Shown here piece after piece: positions 1 to 10,932 of a stretch of 64,000 bases of DNA. Positions within the stretch are counted from its first letter, which is position 1. Every line of letters starts with the position of its first letter. The DNA is from a virus. The stretch is from the IMG/VR virus record IMGVR_UViG_3300030061_002247, positions 1-64,000 of that record, one strand, 5' to 3'. The translations under genes were made by a program, and so were the position numbers. The notes under the pieces are model-generated. The model ran no database searches and had not been told where the DNA came from. It saw only the letters and a program-made list of their open reading frames with translations.

Positions 1-2
1 AT

Positions 3-3000
3 GCCACGCCCGGATACACAGTCAGCACACCTTGGTGGTCGTTCATCCACAAGGTCGCTCCAGACGACAGTTCCTCTAACAACTTCAAACATATAGCGCT
101 TCATCGCCCAGATAACTACTACCATATGAAGAGAAGTACCTTCGGAAGTATAGGAGTACAATTAACAATTGCAGGATATCCTTCAATATATCCAAATATA
201 TATTCACATATATTACAAAATACATCTCTAAATGCAAAATGTATAGTGAAAAGTATTCAAAGTACAGCAAATGGGTATAGAACAATCACTGTAGATGACG
301 CAAGTAGATTCCCAGAGACTCCACAATATGCAGAAGTGCTGGAATATACAGATTCTAATGGTATTAGACAGACATTAGCATACACAAGACGCTCAGGATT
401 GCAGTTAAACGCAATTAACAAACCAGATAAACTACAGTCAAACGTCGTTTCTGGGCCATTCTGGGACAATCTAACAGAAGGTACAGTCATTAGATTATCA
501 CAACCATATGACATATACAGTTCCAAGAATGTATTTACAGATACTAATAGTAGTATATTTACAAAAGTACTTTCACAATTAGAAAAAGGTACTAGAGATA
601 CAACTAATTTACATATACCCGATGCATATCTATGTATGTGGAATAGTAATTTGGGAAGACCATATACATTCTACTCAGATAGTTCACGCACTTTCAACAA
701 CCCAACCAGTGATAGGGCTGTGGACAAGAAGCCATACAACAGCCTACCTGAGCATTTCGAGAGCATACACTACCACGATTCGGTGTATGCGATGAGTTTA
801 GGACCTCTATCACTGAGGATTAAGTCTGCTAACCCAGACACGAAAACAGGGGCTTCAGCCACAGGAGCGGCAATAGAGGCACTCTCTGGATACGAGGCGC
901 AAGGCGGTACTACGCTGGATAGCCAGAAGGTGATGTACAGCAAGTTCTGGCCGTGCGGTAGCCGTGGTGGGCCTCTGGTGAGCCGTTTGGACCTATACAC
1001 AGAAGCGAGCGTATCATGGTCAATACCCCGTAAATACGCTGCAAATGACTTCTACTACTGGAAAGACGAGGATGTGGCCAACTCAAGTTACGCCATGGCC
1101 AGCAGTGGTATCACGTTCGATACGATGAGTAGTTCGCATGCTGACAACCGCTACTCATACGGATGGAGGATATCCCTGAGACAGGCGTACAACAAGCCGA
1201 CATACGGCATACTGCCCGGCAGGGGCAAACTGGAGGATGACAATTCCTCAGAGACGCAGTACACCACTGACTATGTTGCAGGACCACTGGTGCACATGCC
1301 TGCCTCCACATGGACGTACATAGGTGGAGATACGTCGCAGTCCAACGTTTCCCTATCAACGACATACGTCGGTATCATGGAGAGGCAGACCAACTTCGCC
1401 GGTATGCTAGCAGCAGACAGACCTGAACACCAAGTGAGATACAGCGAGGGCAGGAGGATGACTAGACCGTTCGGAGCACCGTTAAGGACATTGGTGGCCA
1501 ACAACAACCAAGGCAGGGACTGGTGGGGTGACATACTAGGAAAGGGCGTATACAGCCTCACAGAAGCCACTCAGTACTATCTGGTGGATTGGTGGGGCAA
1601 CGAGCGTGGAGAGGACGTAAGACGTGCTCCAGTGCGTGGATTCGGTATCAGACCAGCATGGGACTGCGGAGACGCATACGAGTATGACAGAACCAACAAC
1701 AGGTCACCCCACGCTAGGGTATTCAACAACGGCAGACCCATATTCGATGTCCTTGGTGTGATGAACTCCTCAGGAGAGAGAAATGGTGACGCACCCAGAT
1801 TGGGCGGTACTCAGTCTCTGAGTGGTAGCAGCACAGAGTTGGTCGATGTATTCGCCCCTACGCACTCCATGAGAGTAGGGGACATGGGCAACGGCAGGGG
1901 AGTGAGATACCCCAGCCAATTCAACGAGGACATACTCACGGAGTTGTCAGAACCTGTGCACTCCACTGGTGTCGTGCTGAGTCACAACACAGCAGAGCCA
2001 CCAGCCGTAACGGGCTTGTTACGCCCCCGTAACGACGTACTGCAAGCCGATGAGATTCCAAGGGGAATCAGCGCCAGACTGGAGATAGCGGAAGACGGTC
2101 TGCTCAAACCAGACGCAGTAGTCAGCGATAGGGTAGAACAGATAGTAGGTACATCACCACACAAGGACGCAATCAGCAGAAGCACTCCTAGGATAGGCAT
2201 CGACGCTGAGAACATGGAGGGTCTTGAGAAGGACCACATAGCAATCAACACAGAGGCACACAGCCTACACACAGACAGAGGAGTAGGGCAGAGGACAGTG
2301 CTGCACGGTGCTCTAATTACAAACAGCCAATCATTAGGTGACTTGGACCTGACGACCGTCACATTCGACGGACACACGAACAGCGTGCTGAGACTCAGCC
2401 ACACCAGCAACGTCAACCCTTTGGGTGGTAGTTACGTGCTGGAGACCAAGAGTTACGGCTCTTTCTTCGATGACACAGGGTGGGGGCTAGATAGCCTATC
2501 TGCTGGTGCAAAGACCACGAACCCGTATCAGAGCACGGAGTTCAACAGGAACACTGTGAAGAACAACCAGAAGGACCAGAGCGTGAAATGGCTGCTACGA
2601 CCCGTCCGTGTCTTGGACAAGCAGCATGTGGAGATGTTCAGACCAGTACCGTCCGTAGCAGGCAACACACCACAACCTGCATCTAACTTCTTCAGGGCAT
2701 CCGCTGGTGGTAAGTACGGTCTGTTCACATACGAGACACCCACACCTAGAGTGGCGACAGGCAACTTCCCAAGGAGCACAGCACCAGACACCAACGGACC
2801 ATACGTACCTGTGGTGTACATCAGCAACAGCAGCGCTACCACACCCACATCCAAAGGGCCTAAGATACTAGGAACAGAAACCACAGGTTTCGACAAGACC
2901 ACAATAACAAGTCCAGTGACTAGGATGATAATGAGCGAGAACACCCTACAGCACTACAGGGCAGATGCATCTAGAAGGAGACAGATAGAGGAATCCAACC

Positions 3001-3119
3001 AGATAGTGAGGAGACTGGACTACAGCGTCAAGCCAAGATTCAGCCAGTCTCTACACCCTAAGGGGCACAAAGGTGATGTGTCTTTCAACGTGAGTGACCA
3101 CAGTGGTGATGCAGCATGA
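3..3119 (+). CDS. Large virion/tail structural protein, 5'-truncated by the window edge
   Basis: The frame of ORF 126..3119 is open back to position 3 with no stop. Over 1000 aa, first gene of a coupled + strand operon ending in tail fibres. No diagnostic motif recognised. Confidence 0.55.
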   Translation, partial: ATPGYTVSTPWWSFIHKVAPDDSSSNNFKHIALHRPDNYYHMKRSTFGSIGVQLTIAGYPSIYPNIYSHILQNTSLNAKCIVKSIQSTANGYRTITVDDASRFPETPQYAEVLEYTDSNGIRQTLAYTRRSGLQLNAINKPDKLQSNVVSGPFWDNLTEGTVIRLSQPYDIYSSKNVFTDTNSSIFTKVLSQLEKGTRDTTNLHIPDAYLCMWNSNLGRPYTFYSDSSRTFNNPTSDRAVDKKPYNSLPEHFESIHYHDSVYAMSLGPLSLRIKSANPDTKTGASATGAAIEALSGYEAQGGTTLDSQKVMYSKFWPCGSRGGPLVSRLDLYTEASVSWSIPRKYAANDFYYWKDEDVANSSYAMASSGITFDTMSSSHADNRYSYGWRISLRQAYNKPTYGILPGRGKLEDDNSSETQYTTDYVAGPLVHMPASTWTYIGGDTSQSNVSLSTTYVGIMERQTNFAGMLAADRPEHQVRYSEGRRMTRPFGAPLRTLVANNNQGRDWWGDILGKGVYSLTEATQYYLVDWWGNERGEDVRRAPVRGFGIRPAWDCGDAYEYDRTNNRSPHARVFNNGRPIFDVLGVMNSSGERNGDAPRLGGTQSLSGSSTELVDVFAPTHSMRVGDMGNGRGVRYPSQFNEDILTELSEPVHSTGVVLSHNTAEPPAVTGLLRPRNDVLQADEIPRGISARLEIAEDGLLKPDAVVSDRVEQIVGTSPHKDAISRSTPRIGIDAENMEGLEKDHIAINTEAHSLHTDRGVGQRTVLHGALITNSQSLGDLDLTTVTFDGHTNSVLRLSHTSNVNPLGGSYVLETKSYGSFFDDTGWGLDSLSAGAKTTNPYQSTEFNRNTVKNNQKDQSVKWLLRPVRVLDKQHVEMFRPVPSVAGNTPQPASNFFRASAGGKYGLFTYETPTPRVATGNFPRSTAPDTNGPYVPVVYISNSSATTPTSKGPKILGTETTGFDKTTITSPVTRMIMSENTLQHYRADASRRRQIEESNQIVRRLDYSVKPRFSQSLHPKGHKGDVSFNVSDHSGDAA

Positions 3120-4552
3120 CCAAACTACTAGCGAGCACAGGTAAGTTCACTGACACAGTGAACGAGGCGATGAAACATGTCAGGAAACCAGTGTTCGTAG
3201 ACAATGCGGTGCACCACGCTCTAGTTGAATCACAAGCAGATTACAAACACAAGGTGACCATAGAGAACAGGAACAACGCTACATACAACGTATTCAGCGA
3301 GAAGAGGTACGAGTTGGTTGAGGGTGAGGCATCAGTGCAACTCTCACATGTTAGTGTGCCCGGACATACCAGCACATCAGCACCATTCTATGAGAGTGGT
3401 GTGATATCAACCACCTCGACCCTACCTACGTTGATGTACAACGGTGATGATACATCTGACAGACTCACCTTATCTACAGCAGAATCATCTAACCAAGGAG
3501 TCAGAATCAACTTGAAGAACATGAAGGGAAGAAGCCTCAAAGACATAGGCTTCCAAGGTGGAACAGTTCACCTAGGAGACCCTATTGATGTTGGCTTAAG
3601 AACCAGCGATTTGGCAATGAAACTGGGAACAGATATAGCATCCACTCTAACGTCTGTGCAGATAGGCTCGTTGAGACACGCAGCCAACACTAACAGCGCT
3701 AGGAGAAAGCACACCAGCAAGTTCCTAGCAGAAGACTTCTACAATGTGACTCTCATATCAGCGTTGAAGTTCACCTCACGTCATGATGGCAACATCATTC
3801 ACTTCGACAGATTCGCCAATCTGATGTACACACCATTCACATTCACGACAGCCACTAGATTCCTTGATGAGACTCTAAGACAAGGTAACGAAGAAACCAA
3901 CCCGTCCTCGCACAACGAGAACAGAATATCAATACAAGGTGTGCCCTTAGCAAAGAACGAGAGCGCATCAGTCATAGTTGATGATGCTGAGAGACAACAG
4001 GGCAAGTTCGACACTGATGTGCAGGAGACAGTCACACCAATCTTCGATGCAACAGTGAAGACCAACGCTGCTGCTAAGAAAGTCGCTAGGCAGATATTGA
4101 AGGCCAACTCCCTAGAGCAAGGCTCATTGAGAAGCAGCGGTCACCCAGACGCTTGGGACTTGAGACCCGGAAAGGTCGTATCCTACAAGGGGGAGAAGAA
4201 ACTAATCACAGAGTCCAGACACACCCTGTCATCCAGACTATCAGACATGAACTTCATATCAGTGCAGACTGGTATAGAAGGTGTATTACAAGGTATCAGT
4301 GAGGGTATGGTATCATCATCTTCGGGTGACAACCCGGATACGATAAGCCAACAGGTCGAGAGAAATCTATCTCTGTTCTCATCATTTGAAATATCCACTA
4401 TTCCCATAATAACCGTAAGAGTTGTAGAAAGCCTCAATTCCAAGTTTGCAATCGGCAAGGCTGCTGGGAGGGCCACTATAGGGAAAGCAGGGACTACTAA
4501 GGTGATTGGAATGTCAAAGTTTAGCGAAGTGAGCGTAAGAGGTGGAGAGTAA
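3116..4552 (+). CDS. Putative tail/baseplate hub-like structural protein
   Basis: 478 aa with ATGA overlap to the upstream gene. C-terminal AKKVARQILK...WDLRPGKVV...ITESRH resembles tail hub proteins. Context supports a tail role. Confidence 0.45.
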   Translation: MTKLLASTGKFTDTVNEAMKHVRKPVFVDNAVHHALVESQADYKHKVTIENRNNATYNVFSEKRYELVEGEASVQLSHVSVPGHTSTSAPFYESGVISTTSTLPTLMYNGDDTSDRLTLSTAESSNQGVRINLKNMKGRSLKDIGFQGGTVHLGDPIDVGLRTSDLAMKLGTDIASTLTSVQIGSLRHAANTNSARRKHTSKFLAEDFYNVTLISALKFTSRHDGNIIHFDRFANLMYTPFTFTTATRFLDETLRQGNEETNPSSHNENRISIQGVPLAKNESASVIVDDAERQQGKFDTDVQETVTPIFDATVKTNAAAKKVARQILKANSLEQGSLRSSGHPDAWDLRPGKVVSYKGEKKLITESRHTLSSRLSDMNFISVQTGIEGVLQGISEGMVSSSSGDNPDTISQQVERNLSLFSSFEISTIPIITVRVVESLNSKFAIGKAAGRATIGKAGTTKVIGMSKFSEVSVRGGE

Positions 4553-4896
4553 TGCCAGCAAGTGATTACATGAAGAGATTGATGCTAGATACGATAGCGT
4601 CTAACATCAATGAGATGATACTAGGATTCGACGGCACACCCGCAACAGCGTCAGACGGTGCTGCTGGAAGACCGGCTGTCACAATCACACCAACGGTGAC
4701 TGTGATAGATGACTCCACTTTGATGGTCGAGGGTACTCTCGGAACGGAACATTCTTTCTCCGAACCCCTCAAGGAGGTATTCATACAGTTGAGGGGCACG
4801 AGCGATTTCGTTCCTGTCTCACGACATGTGATAAGCCCGGTGACCAAGACGAGTGGAAATGAAGTGAAGATTCAATTATTGATAGAGGTGAGGTAA
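4552..4896 (+). CDS. Small baseplate/tail-fibre attachment protein
   Basis: 114 aa beta-rich protein (LGFDGTPA...LKEVFI...PVTKTS) directly before the fibre genes; TAATG coupling. Confidence 0.45.
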   Translation: MPASDYMKRLMLDTIASNINEMILGFDGTPATASDGAAGRPAVTITPTVTVIDDSTLMVEGTLGTEHSFSEPLKEVFIQLRGTSDFVPVSRHVISPVTKTSGNEVKIQLLIEVR

Positions 4897-7682
4897 TGGG
4901 AACGACAGGCAATCCACTTTCAGGACATACAGCGGCTAACTACAACACGTCATTGAGTGCAAGTCTAGGGAGAGCAGTTGATGGTCTGAGAGATGGCGAC
5001 CAGATACTATCAGCATCATTCACCAACATATTGGAGGGCGTACACGGCAATGGGATACTCATGCTTGAGGGAGGTGCAGTCAGCGGCACTAACAGGAACA
5101 ACCCGGACTTCCTGCCCGGAGCAGTGACGAAGCACGACACCAACGCACATCAAATCAAGATACAAGGTGGATATGTGATACTAGATGGGGCTATGTACGA
5201 GTTCGCTGATGGTTACGACACTGATGGAACTCCAGATGACATCACGATAGACCTCACTTCCGGCAGTGCTAACAAAACAGGGACTACCAATACCCTGACC
5301 AATGGCAAGGAGTGCTTGTTCACCATATTCGTGAACGCCAATGACTCTAGTAGCACCAAGCACATCAGATTTCAACAGAGCAGTCTAGTCGATACTGGGA
5401 CTGGTGTGTACCCCTCATCACCCAACACCTATCTCATAGATGACGGTACTAACACATCGGTCAAGGATACTGTAGTCCTAGCAACTGTGAGAGCCATATT
5501 CGAGACAGGTACGGTCGCTGCTGCTAATACCTTAGCCATAAGAATCACAGAGATAAACGACAAGCGGGTCTTTCTCAAACCATCACCGATGTTCATCACT
5601 CCCCTCACCAAGGGCATACCGAAGAACAAGGACTCTGCCAACTCAATCAACAGCCACACTGACCTAGATGCACTACACACAGAGGGTGGTGACTTCTCCA
5701 ACTCACCATTCGGTGCGATATGGATGTCACACTCCACAGACAAGGTGACCGGTGGTGGAACTAGACTGGGCGACGTGGGAGATGACGTGCTCTTCTTCGC
5801 ATCACATGAGTCAGACGGCACAGCAAAGACACTGAGGCTCGCTCCTGACAGGATATACACAGGCACGCCCTCTGGTGTCAATCACTTCACGCACGACGGT
5901 CCTAACATCTTCATCATCGCACCAAGCGCCTCTGGGTGCACACTCAACCCAGACAACACCAGTAACGAGTTCGCACCCGGCTCGATAGTGTACATCAGGA
6001 ACACCAACGCATCGAGCGGTCACCCAGTCAACTTCGACACAATTGGTGGTAGTGCTCTGGATTACCAAGTGCAAGGCGGGCAAAGTGCCATCATCATTCG
6101 CAACAACAGCAGTAGCAACCCCAAGTGGTCCGTTCTCATCAACGCATCAACCAGCGGCACTGGTGCTGTCAGCGCATTGAACGACGCAACTGCGAACGAG
6201 TTGGTGACTGTCGGTAGTACGACAACCGAATTAGATGCACAGTCTCTCCTCACTTTCGCTAGTGCTACACTCAACGTTGGTGCTTCTGGCAACGGCGCTG
6301 ACCTGCTGCTACACTCAGCCACAGCCAATAACGTCGGCGCTAAGTGGACACACGACGACGCTACCAACGGCTCACTGGTACTAGGGGCGAATGACTACGG
6401 AATAGACTTCAAGGCATTCGGGGATACCGCTTCCAAGTTCATACACTGGGATGCATCCACTGACACCTTCTTCGTGACATCGAACTTGGACATAGACGGT
6501 CCTGTGACTGTCGGTGTGGATGACACTGGCTACGATGTCAAGTTCTTCGGTGCTACCTCTGGCTCTTACATGCTATGGGATGAGAGTCAGGATGACCTCA
6601 TACTGGGTGGCGCTGCTAGATTGGGCATAGGAGACACCGCTCCGGGCACGCAGTTGCAGATAACGGCAGACGGCCCTATAATCACACTCAAGAACAGCGT
6701 GGCTGAGAACAACGATGGTGGTGCTGAGAGCACCATAATCTTCGAGGACCACACAAACGCACATCTATCACAAATACAGGGCAGTCACGATGGCTCTGCC
6801 GACGATACCAAGGGTAAACTCATCCTGAGCACCCACAACGGTACATCACTCACCACTGCTCTCACCATAAACTCAGCGCAGAAGACCACGCTCGCTGGTG
6901 AGGTGGTGATTGGTGGTGACCTCACAGTCAACGGCACTACCACTACAATCAACAGCACCACCATGACCACCGACAACATAATCCTCACTCTTGGTGGAGA
7001 TACCGCTCCCGGTAGCAATGACTCTAAGGACAAGGGCATTGAGTTCAGATACTTTGACTCACAAGCCAGAATAGGATTCTTCGGATATGACGAGGACGCT
7101 GCTAACTTCACTTTCCTGACTGCTGCTACCAACTCCTCTAACGTGTTCAGCGGCACTAAAGGCACAATCAACGCCCATCTCACTGGCAACATGTCAGGCG
7201 GAACTGTATCCGCCACAACAATAGCAGGCACAGGCGATTTGACGATAGACACCGATACACTGTTTGTGGATGTCAGTGAGGATAAGGTGGGTATCAATCA
7301 AGCAACACCACTGACCCAACTACAGATAGACAAGGTAGGTGTTGAGAGCGTCACACTCACAGGCTCATCGACATCCGACGCAGTTCACACTCTATTCACG
7401 AGAACGCAGTTCAGAGGCTGCAAACTGTTCATATCAACAAAGACGACAGGCGATGACACCGGGTTCGAGTTCACAGAGGTGGCATTCACACACAACGGTC
7501 AGAGTGGTGGGTCGGTGTACAGAACAGCATACGCCACGGTGAATCACGGTGCTGATGTCGTTGGAACTCACACCATAGACATAAACGGGGATAACGTCAG
7601 ATTGACCCTGAACTACAACCAGATAGGCGGAGTGGACAAGAACTTCACAACAGAGATAGCATGGATAGGGATGGCAGCATAA
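4896..7682 (+). CDS. Tail fibre/adhesin protein 1
   Basis: 928 aa, G/T/S/D-rich; contains RLGIGDTAP/KVGINQATP repeats and a GDLTVNGTTTTINS motif typical of marine viral fibres. Confidence 0.7.
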   Translation: MGTTGNPLSGHTAANYNTSLSASLGRAVDGLRDGDQILSASFTNILEGVHGNGILMLEGGAVSGTNRNNPDFLPGAVTKHDTNAHQIKIQGGYVILDGAMYEFADGYDTDGTPDDITIDLTSGSANKTGTTNTLTNGKECLFTIFVNANDSSSTKHIRFQQSSLVDTGTGVYPSSPNTYLIDDGTNTSVKDTVVLATVRAIFETGTVAAANTLAIRITEINDKRVFLKPSPMFITPLTKGIPKNKDSANSINSHTDLDALHTEGGDFSNSPFGAIWMSHSTDKVTGGGTRLGDVGDDVLFFASHESDGTAKTLRLAPDRIYTGTPSGVNHFTHDGPNIFIIAPSASGCTLNPDNTSNEFAPGSIVYIRNTNASSGHPVNFDTIGGSALDYQVQGGQSAIIIRNNSSSNPKWSVLINASTSGTGAVSALNDATANELVTVGSTTTELDAQSLLTFASATLNVGASGNGADLLLHSATANNVGAKWTHDDATNGSLVLGANDYGIDFKAFGDTASKFIHWDASTDTFFVTSNLDIDGPVTVGVDDTGYDVKFFGATSGSYMLWDESQDDLILGGAARLGIGDTAPGTQLQITADGPIITLKNSVAENNDGGAESTIIFEDHTNAHLSQIQGSHDGSADDTKGKLILSTHNGTSLTTALTINSAQKTTLAGEVVIGGDLTVNGTTTTINSTTMTTDNIILTLGGDTAPGSNDSKDKGIEFRYFDSQARIGFFGYDEDAANFTFLTAATNSSNVFSGTKGTINAHLTGNMSGGTVSATTIAGTGDLTIDTDTLFVDVSEDKVGINQATPLTQLQIDKVGVESVTLTGSSTSDAVHTLFTRTQFRGCKLFISTKTTGDDTGFEFTEVAFTHNGQSGGSVYRTAYATVNHGADVVGTHTIDINGDNVRLTLNYNQIGGVDKNFTTEIAWIGMAA

Positions 7683-7690
7683 GGAGGTGA
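7683..7690 (+). promoter_or_regulatory. Shine-Dalgarno site GGAGGTGA
   Basis: GGAGGTGA lies 4 nt before the ATG at 7695 and matches the archaeal/bacterial anti-SD complement. Confidence 0.7.
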
Positions 7691-7694
7691 ATGA

Positions 7695-10600
7695 ATGGCA
7701 GAGAAAGATTTTCGTGTAAGGAAGGGATTGGTAGTCGATGGTACGTCGAGCGCAACTAGCGTTGCTGTGACGACAGGAAACGTGGTAGTAGCGGCTGGAA
7801 CGATAGGACTGACCGACGGGCTGCTCCTGAGCACAGTGGCAGGCTCACCCAACGTATCCAAGATAACATCCCAACCCACTAACGGTAATATACACATAGA
7901 GCCTAACGGTGATGGAGACATAGTTCTCGTCACCGACAATCTAGATGTAACTGGCGACTCGATGAAAATCAGCATCAAGGACAATGTTGCTGCTGCTCTT
8001 GATATTACAGAGGCAAGTAATTCCTACCTCAAGTTCACAACCACTAACGGTAGTGACGAAGCCGATTCGGGCCTGATAACATTCGGCAAGGACAGCACCT
8101 TCGCCAGCACCAACATACACAACTTAGGTACTGTGAGTGCGGCTACGTCAATCACCTCTACTGCTTTCGTAGGTCCTTTAACAGGAGATGTAACAGGAAA
8201 CGTAACAGGAAACGTAGATGGTATAATCGGTGGGACTTCACCTGCTGCTGGTTCGTTCACCAGCCTCGACGTGGATAATGGAGATATAACCAACGTCGGT
8301 GACATAGACGCTGACAGCATCAGCGTCGCAGATGCCACTGCTGGTCTTAACATTGATTTCAGTGGTGCTAACACTGGCACTGCAAAGATTACGCTAAAAG
8401 ACGCCGCTGCTGATGCATTGAGTATCACTGATGGGTCTGCTGACTTTATGGTCTTCAACACAGACGGAGAGACAATCACCTTCGGGAAGAACAGCACGTT
8501 CGCTGGCACTACTATCGCTGACTTGGGAACAGTTACCACAGCCGATATCAACAGCGGTACTATAGACGGGACTACAATAGGTGGTTCTGCACAAGCAGCC
8601 GCAACAGTTACCGTATTCAAAGCGAAAAACACTGGCTACATCTCCAGAGTAAATGCACTGCAAAACACAACTAGATTCCAAGTAGATGGTTTGGATACCG
8701 GTGCTGGTGCTGGTGCTGGTACAAGTCCCAGTAGCAGCAGTACAGCAGCATATGCTGAGGCTAGACTCTTTTCAGATTTGAAGGGAGACGATTACGTCAG
8801 TCAATGGAATGACTACAGCGGGATGTCTGGTACTCTAATCATAGACAACGCAGATGACGTACCTGAGGTAGGTCAAGGTACGGTCCTCACTATAGGAGAC
8901 ACTGGTGGTACTGGTGACTCTTGGGCCATGGGTCGCATGCTTCTCAGTTCTAACTCTGATTTCACCATAGGATACTACCCCAAACCATATGAGGATATAG
9001 GATACAAGAACTCATCGACCAATGCACCTAACGTCTTCAACCCGTTTAGAGCCGCACAGAGCGTCTTCAAGATTGAGAAAACCGGTGACGTGACTCTCAA
9101 GGGCATAAAGGGGGATACTGTTGACGGCTCTACGGCAGCACACATATTCAATCCCGTATCACTGAAGTTCCAAGGGGTGGACAGTGGAGGTACTACACGA
9201 TTCACAGGTTTCACCATTCCATCACAACTAGCAGCATCCAACAGCATCTACACTCTGCCTGATGCATATCCGTCCGGTAGCAGCAAGGTTCTGCAATCTA
9301 CTACCAGTGGTGCGCTCTCTTGGGTATCAGCGTCAGGCACTGTATCAGCCCTGAACAGCCAATTAGAGAACAGGCTAGTCACGATGGGTAGCGACACCAC
9401 TCAGTTGGATGGTGAGGCCAAGGCCACTCTCGACGGGCACAAGATGCTGCTAGGTGAGCAATCTGGCTCAGGAGAAACCACCTCAGCCGAATCCGACCCT
9501 CACCTGCACATCGTCAGAAGGCAAAATGTAGACATAGGGTCTGGTCTTGGGAGTCAGATTCTAGGTGCTAAGATACAAGCAATAGACGTAGCAGACGGAC
9601 ACAACGCATCGCATGGTGTCTCTGTCACTGGTCTCAACGTATCAGCGTTGCAGACTAATACCGCTGGAGGCACTTCAGCCACATCCAAGGCTCTCCAACT
9701 ATCAGCGACCGGTTCTACGAATAACTATGCCATATACTCGTCTGCCGGTGATGCGTACTTCCAGTCTTCTGTGGATAACACTCCACCTCAATTGACTCTC
9801 GCTCACATCTTCAACGACACAAGCGGTCCTGTGATGAACTTCCTACTGGACAAGGGTTCGGCAGGTACTGATGATGATGTGCTCGGTCAGATACTCTTCA
9901 AGGGGGATGATTCCGACCAGAACACCACGACATATGCTGCTATCAAGGCTGATGTGGCAAACGCCGCTTCTGGTAGTGAAGAAGGAAGGCTCACATTCCA
10001 GATGGCGCAGCAGTCTGATGGCAGCCTCATCGACGTGATGGTCATAGATGGCGGTGACCTAGCAAACGGCACTCATTCCAAGGTGGTAATCAAGGGAGAC
10101 TTGCAGGTCGATGGTGACACTACCACGGTGAACACAGCCGTCTTGGAAGTAGAGGACCTCAATATCACCGTAGCGAAGAATGCGGCTAATGCTGCTGCTG
10201 CTAACGGTGCTGGGCTGACAGTAGCCGGTGCTAGTGCCACGCTTATCTATGCCAGTTCAGGAGATAGATGGAACTTCAACAAGGACCTGAGCGTAGCAGG
10301 TGCTCTCTCGGCTGACACTTCATTTACTCTAGATAGCACTACGATATCGACTGCTGAGATAGCAGTGCTAGATGGTATTGCTCTCTCCAGTAATGTTCCT
10401 ACTGGTGCGGTCACTGCTGACAAGGCCTTGACTGTTGACGCTAACAAGGACCTCAACGACTCATCCAACCACCTCAGAGACGTGAGGATGAGAAACCTCA
10501 CATCTACTGGTTCTGTCACATCCACCCAGTTCTCCTCTGATTACGGAGACATCAAGACGGTGCAGGTAGCCTCAGGTCAGATAGCCATCGGTGCTTCTGT

Positions 10601-10907
10601 CACTGTCGGTACGATAGACACCACAGCGTACAGAGGTGCTGAGGTGCTAACTACGGTGTACAACACGACAGACAATACGACAGACCTATTCAAGACAGTC
10701 GTGATGTGGGATGGGCATGATACTCAAATACAGGCAGACGATAAGGTGCACTACACCAACTACGCAGTACTCTCCTCTGGTGATGTAGCCAGCGGAGACA
10801 TAAGTGCAGTAAGAGACGGAACTGACATAGATGTCAATTTCACCTCCTCTGCCGACAGTGCTGACACGTTTATCATACGTGCTCAATTAATACTATTAGA
10901 TATATGA
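7695..10907 (+). CDS. Tail fibre/adhesin protein 2
   Basis: 1070 aa; GDVTGNVTGNV and GDLQVDGDTTTVN motifs; C-terminal domain similar to that of fibre 1. Confidence 0.7.
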   Translation: MAEKDFRVRKGLVVDGTSSATSVAVTTGNVVVAAGTIGLTDGLLLSTVAGSPNVSKITSQPTNGNIHIEPNGDGDIVLVTDNLDVTGDSMKISIKDNVAAALDITEASNSYLKFTTTNGSDEADSGLITFGKDSTFASTNIHNLGTVSAATSITSTAFVGPLTGDVTGNVTGNVDGIIGGTSPAAGSFTSLDVDNGDITNVGDIDADSISVADATAGLNIDFSGANTGTAKITLKDAAADALSITDGSADFMVFNTDGETITFGKNSTFAGTTIADLGTVTTADINSGTIDGTTIGGSAQAAATVTVFKAKNTGYISRVNALQNTTRFQVDGLDTGAGAGAGTSPSSSSTAAYAEARLFSDLKGDDYVSQWNDYSGMSGTLIIDNADDVPEVGQGTVLTIGDTGGTGDSWAMGRMLLSSNSDFTIGYYPKPYEDIGYKNSSTNAPNVFNPFRAAQSVFKIEKTGDVTLKGIKGDTVDGSTAAHIFNPVSLKFQGVDSGGTTRFTGFTIPSQLAASNSIYTLPDAYPSGSSKVLQSTTSGALSWVSASGTVSALNSQLENRLVTMGSDTTQLDGEAKATLDGHKMLLGEQSGSGETTSAESDPHLHIVRRQNVDIGSGLGSQILGAKIQAIDVADGHNASHGVSVTGLNVSALQTNTAGGTSATSKALQLSATGSTNNYAIYSSAGDAYFQSSVDNTPPQLTLAHIFNDTSGPVMNFLLDKGSAGTDDDVLGQILFKGDDSDQNTTTYAAIKADVANAASGSEEGRLTFQMAQQSDGSLIDVMVIDGGDLANGTHSKVVIKGDLQVDGDTTTVNTAVLEVEDLNITVAKNAANAAAANGAGLTVAGASATLIYASSGDRWNFNKDLSVAGALSADTSFTLDSTTISTAEIAVLDGIALSSNVPTGAVTADKALTVDANKDLNDSSNHLRDVRMRNLTSTGSVTSTQFSSDYGDIKTVQVASGQIAIGASVTVGTIDTTAYRGAEVLTTVYNTTDNTTDLFKTVVMWDGHDTQIQADDKVHYTNYAVLSSGDVASGDISAVRDGTDIDVNFTSSADSADTFIIRAQLILLDI

Positions 10908-10932
10908 TGGAAAGTGAAATCATGGTGAGGAA

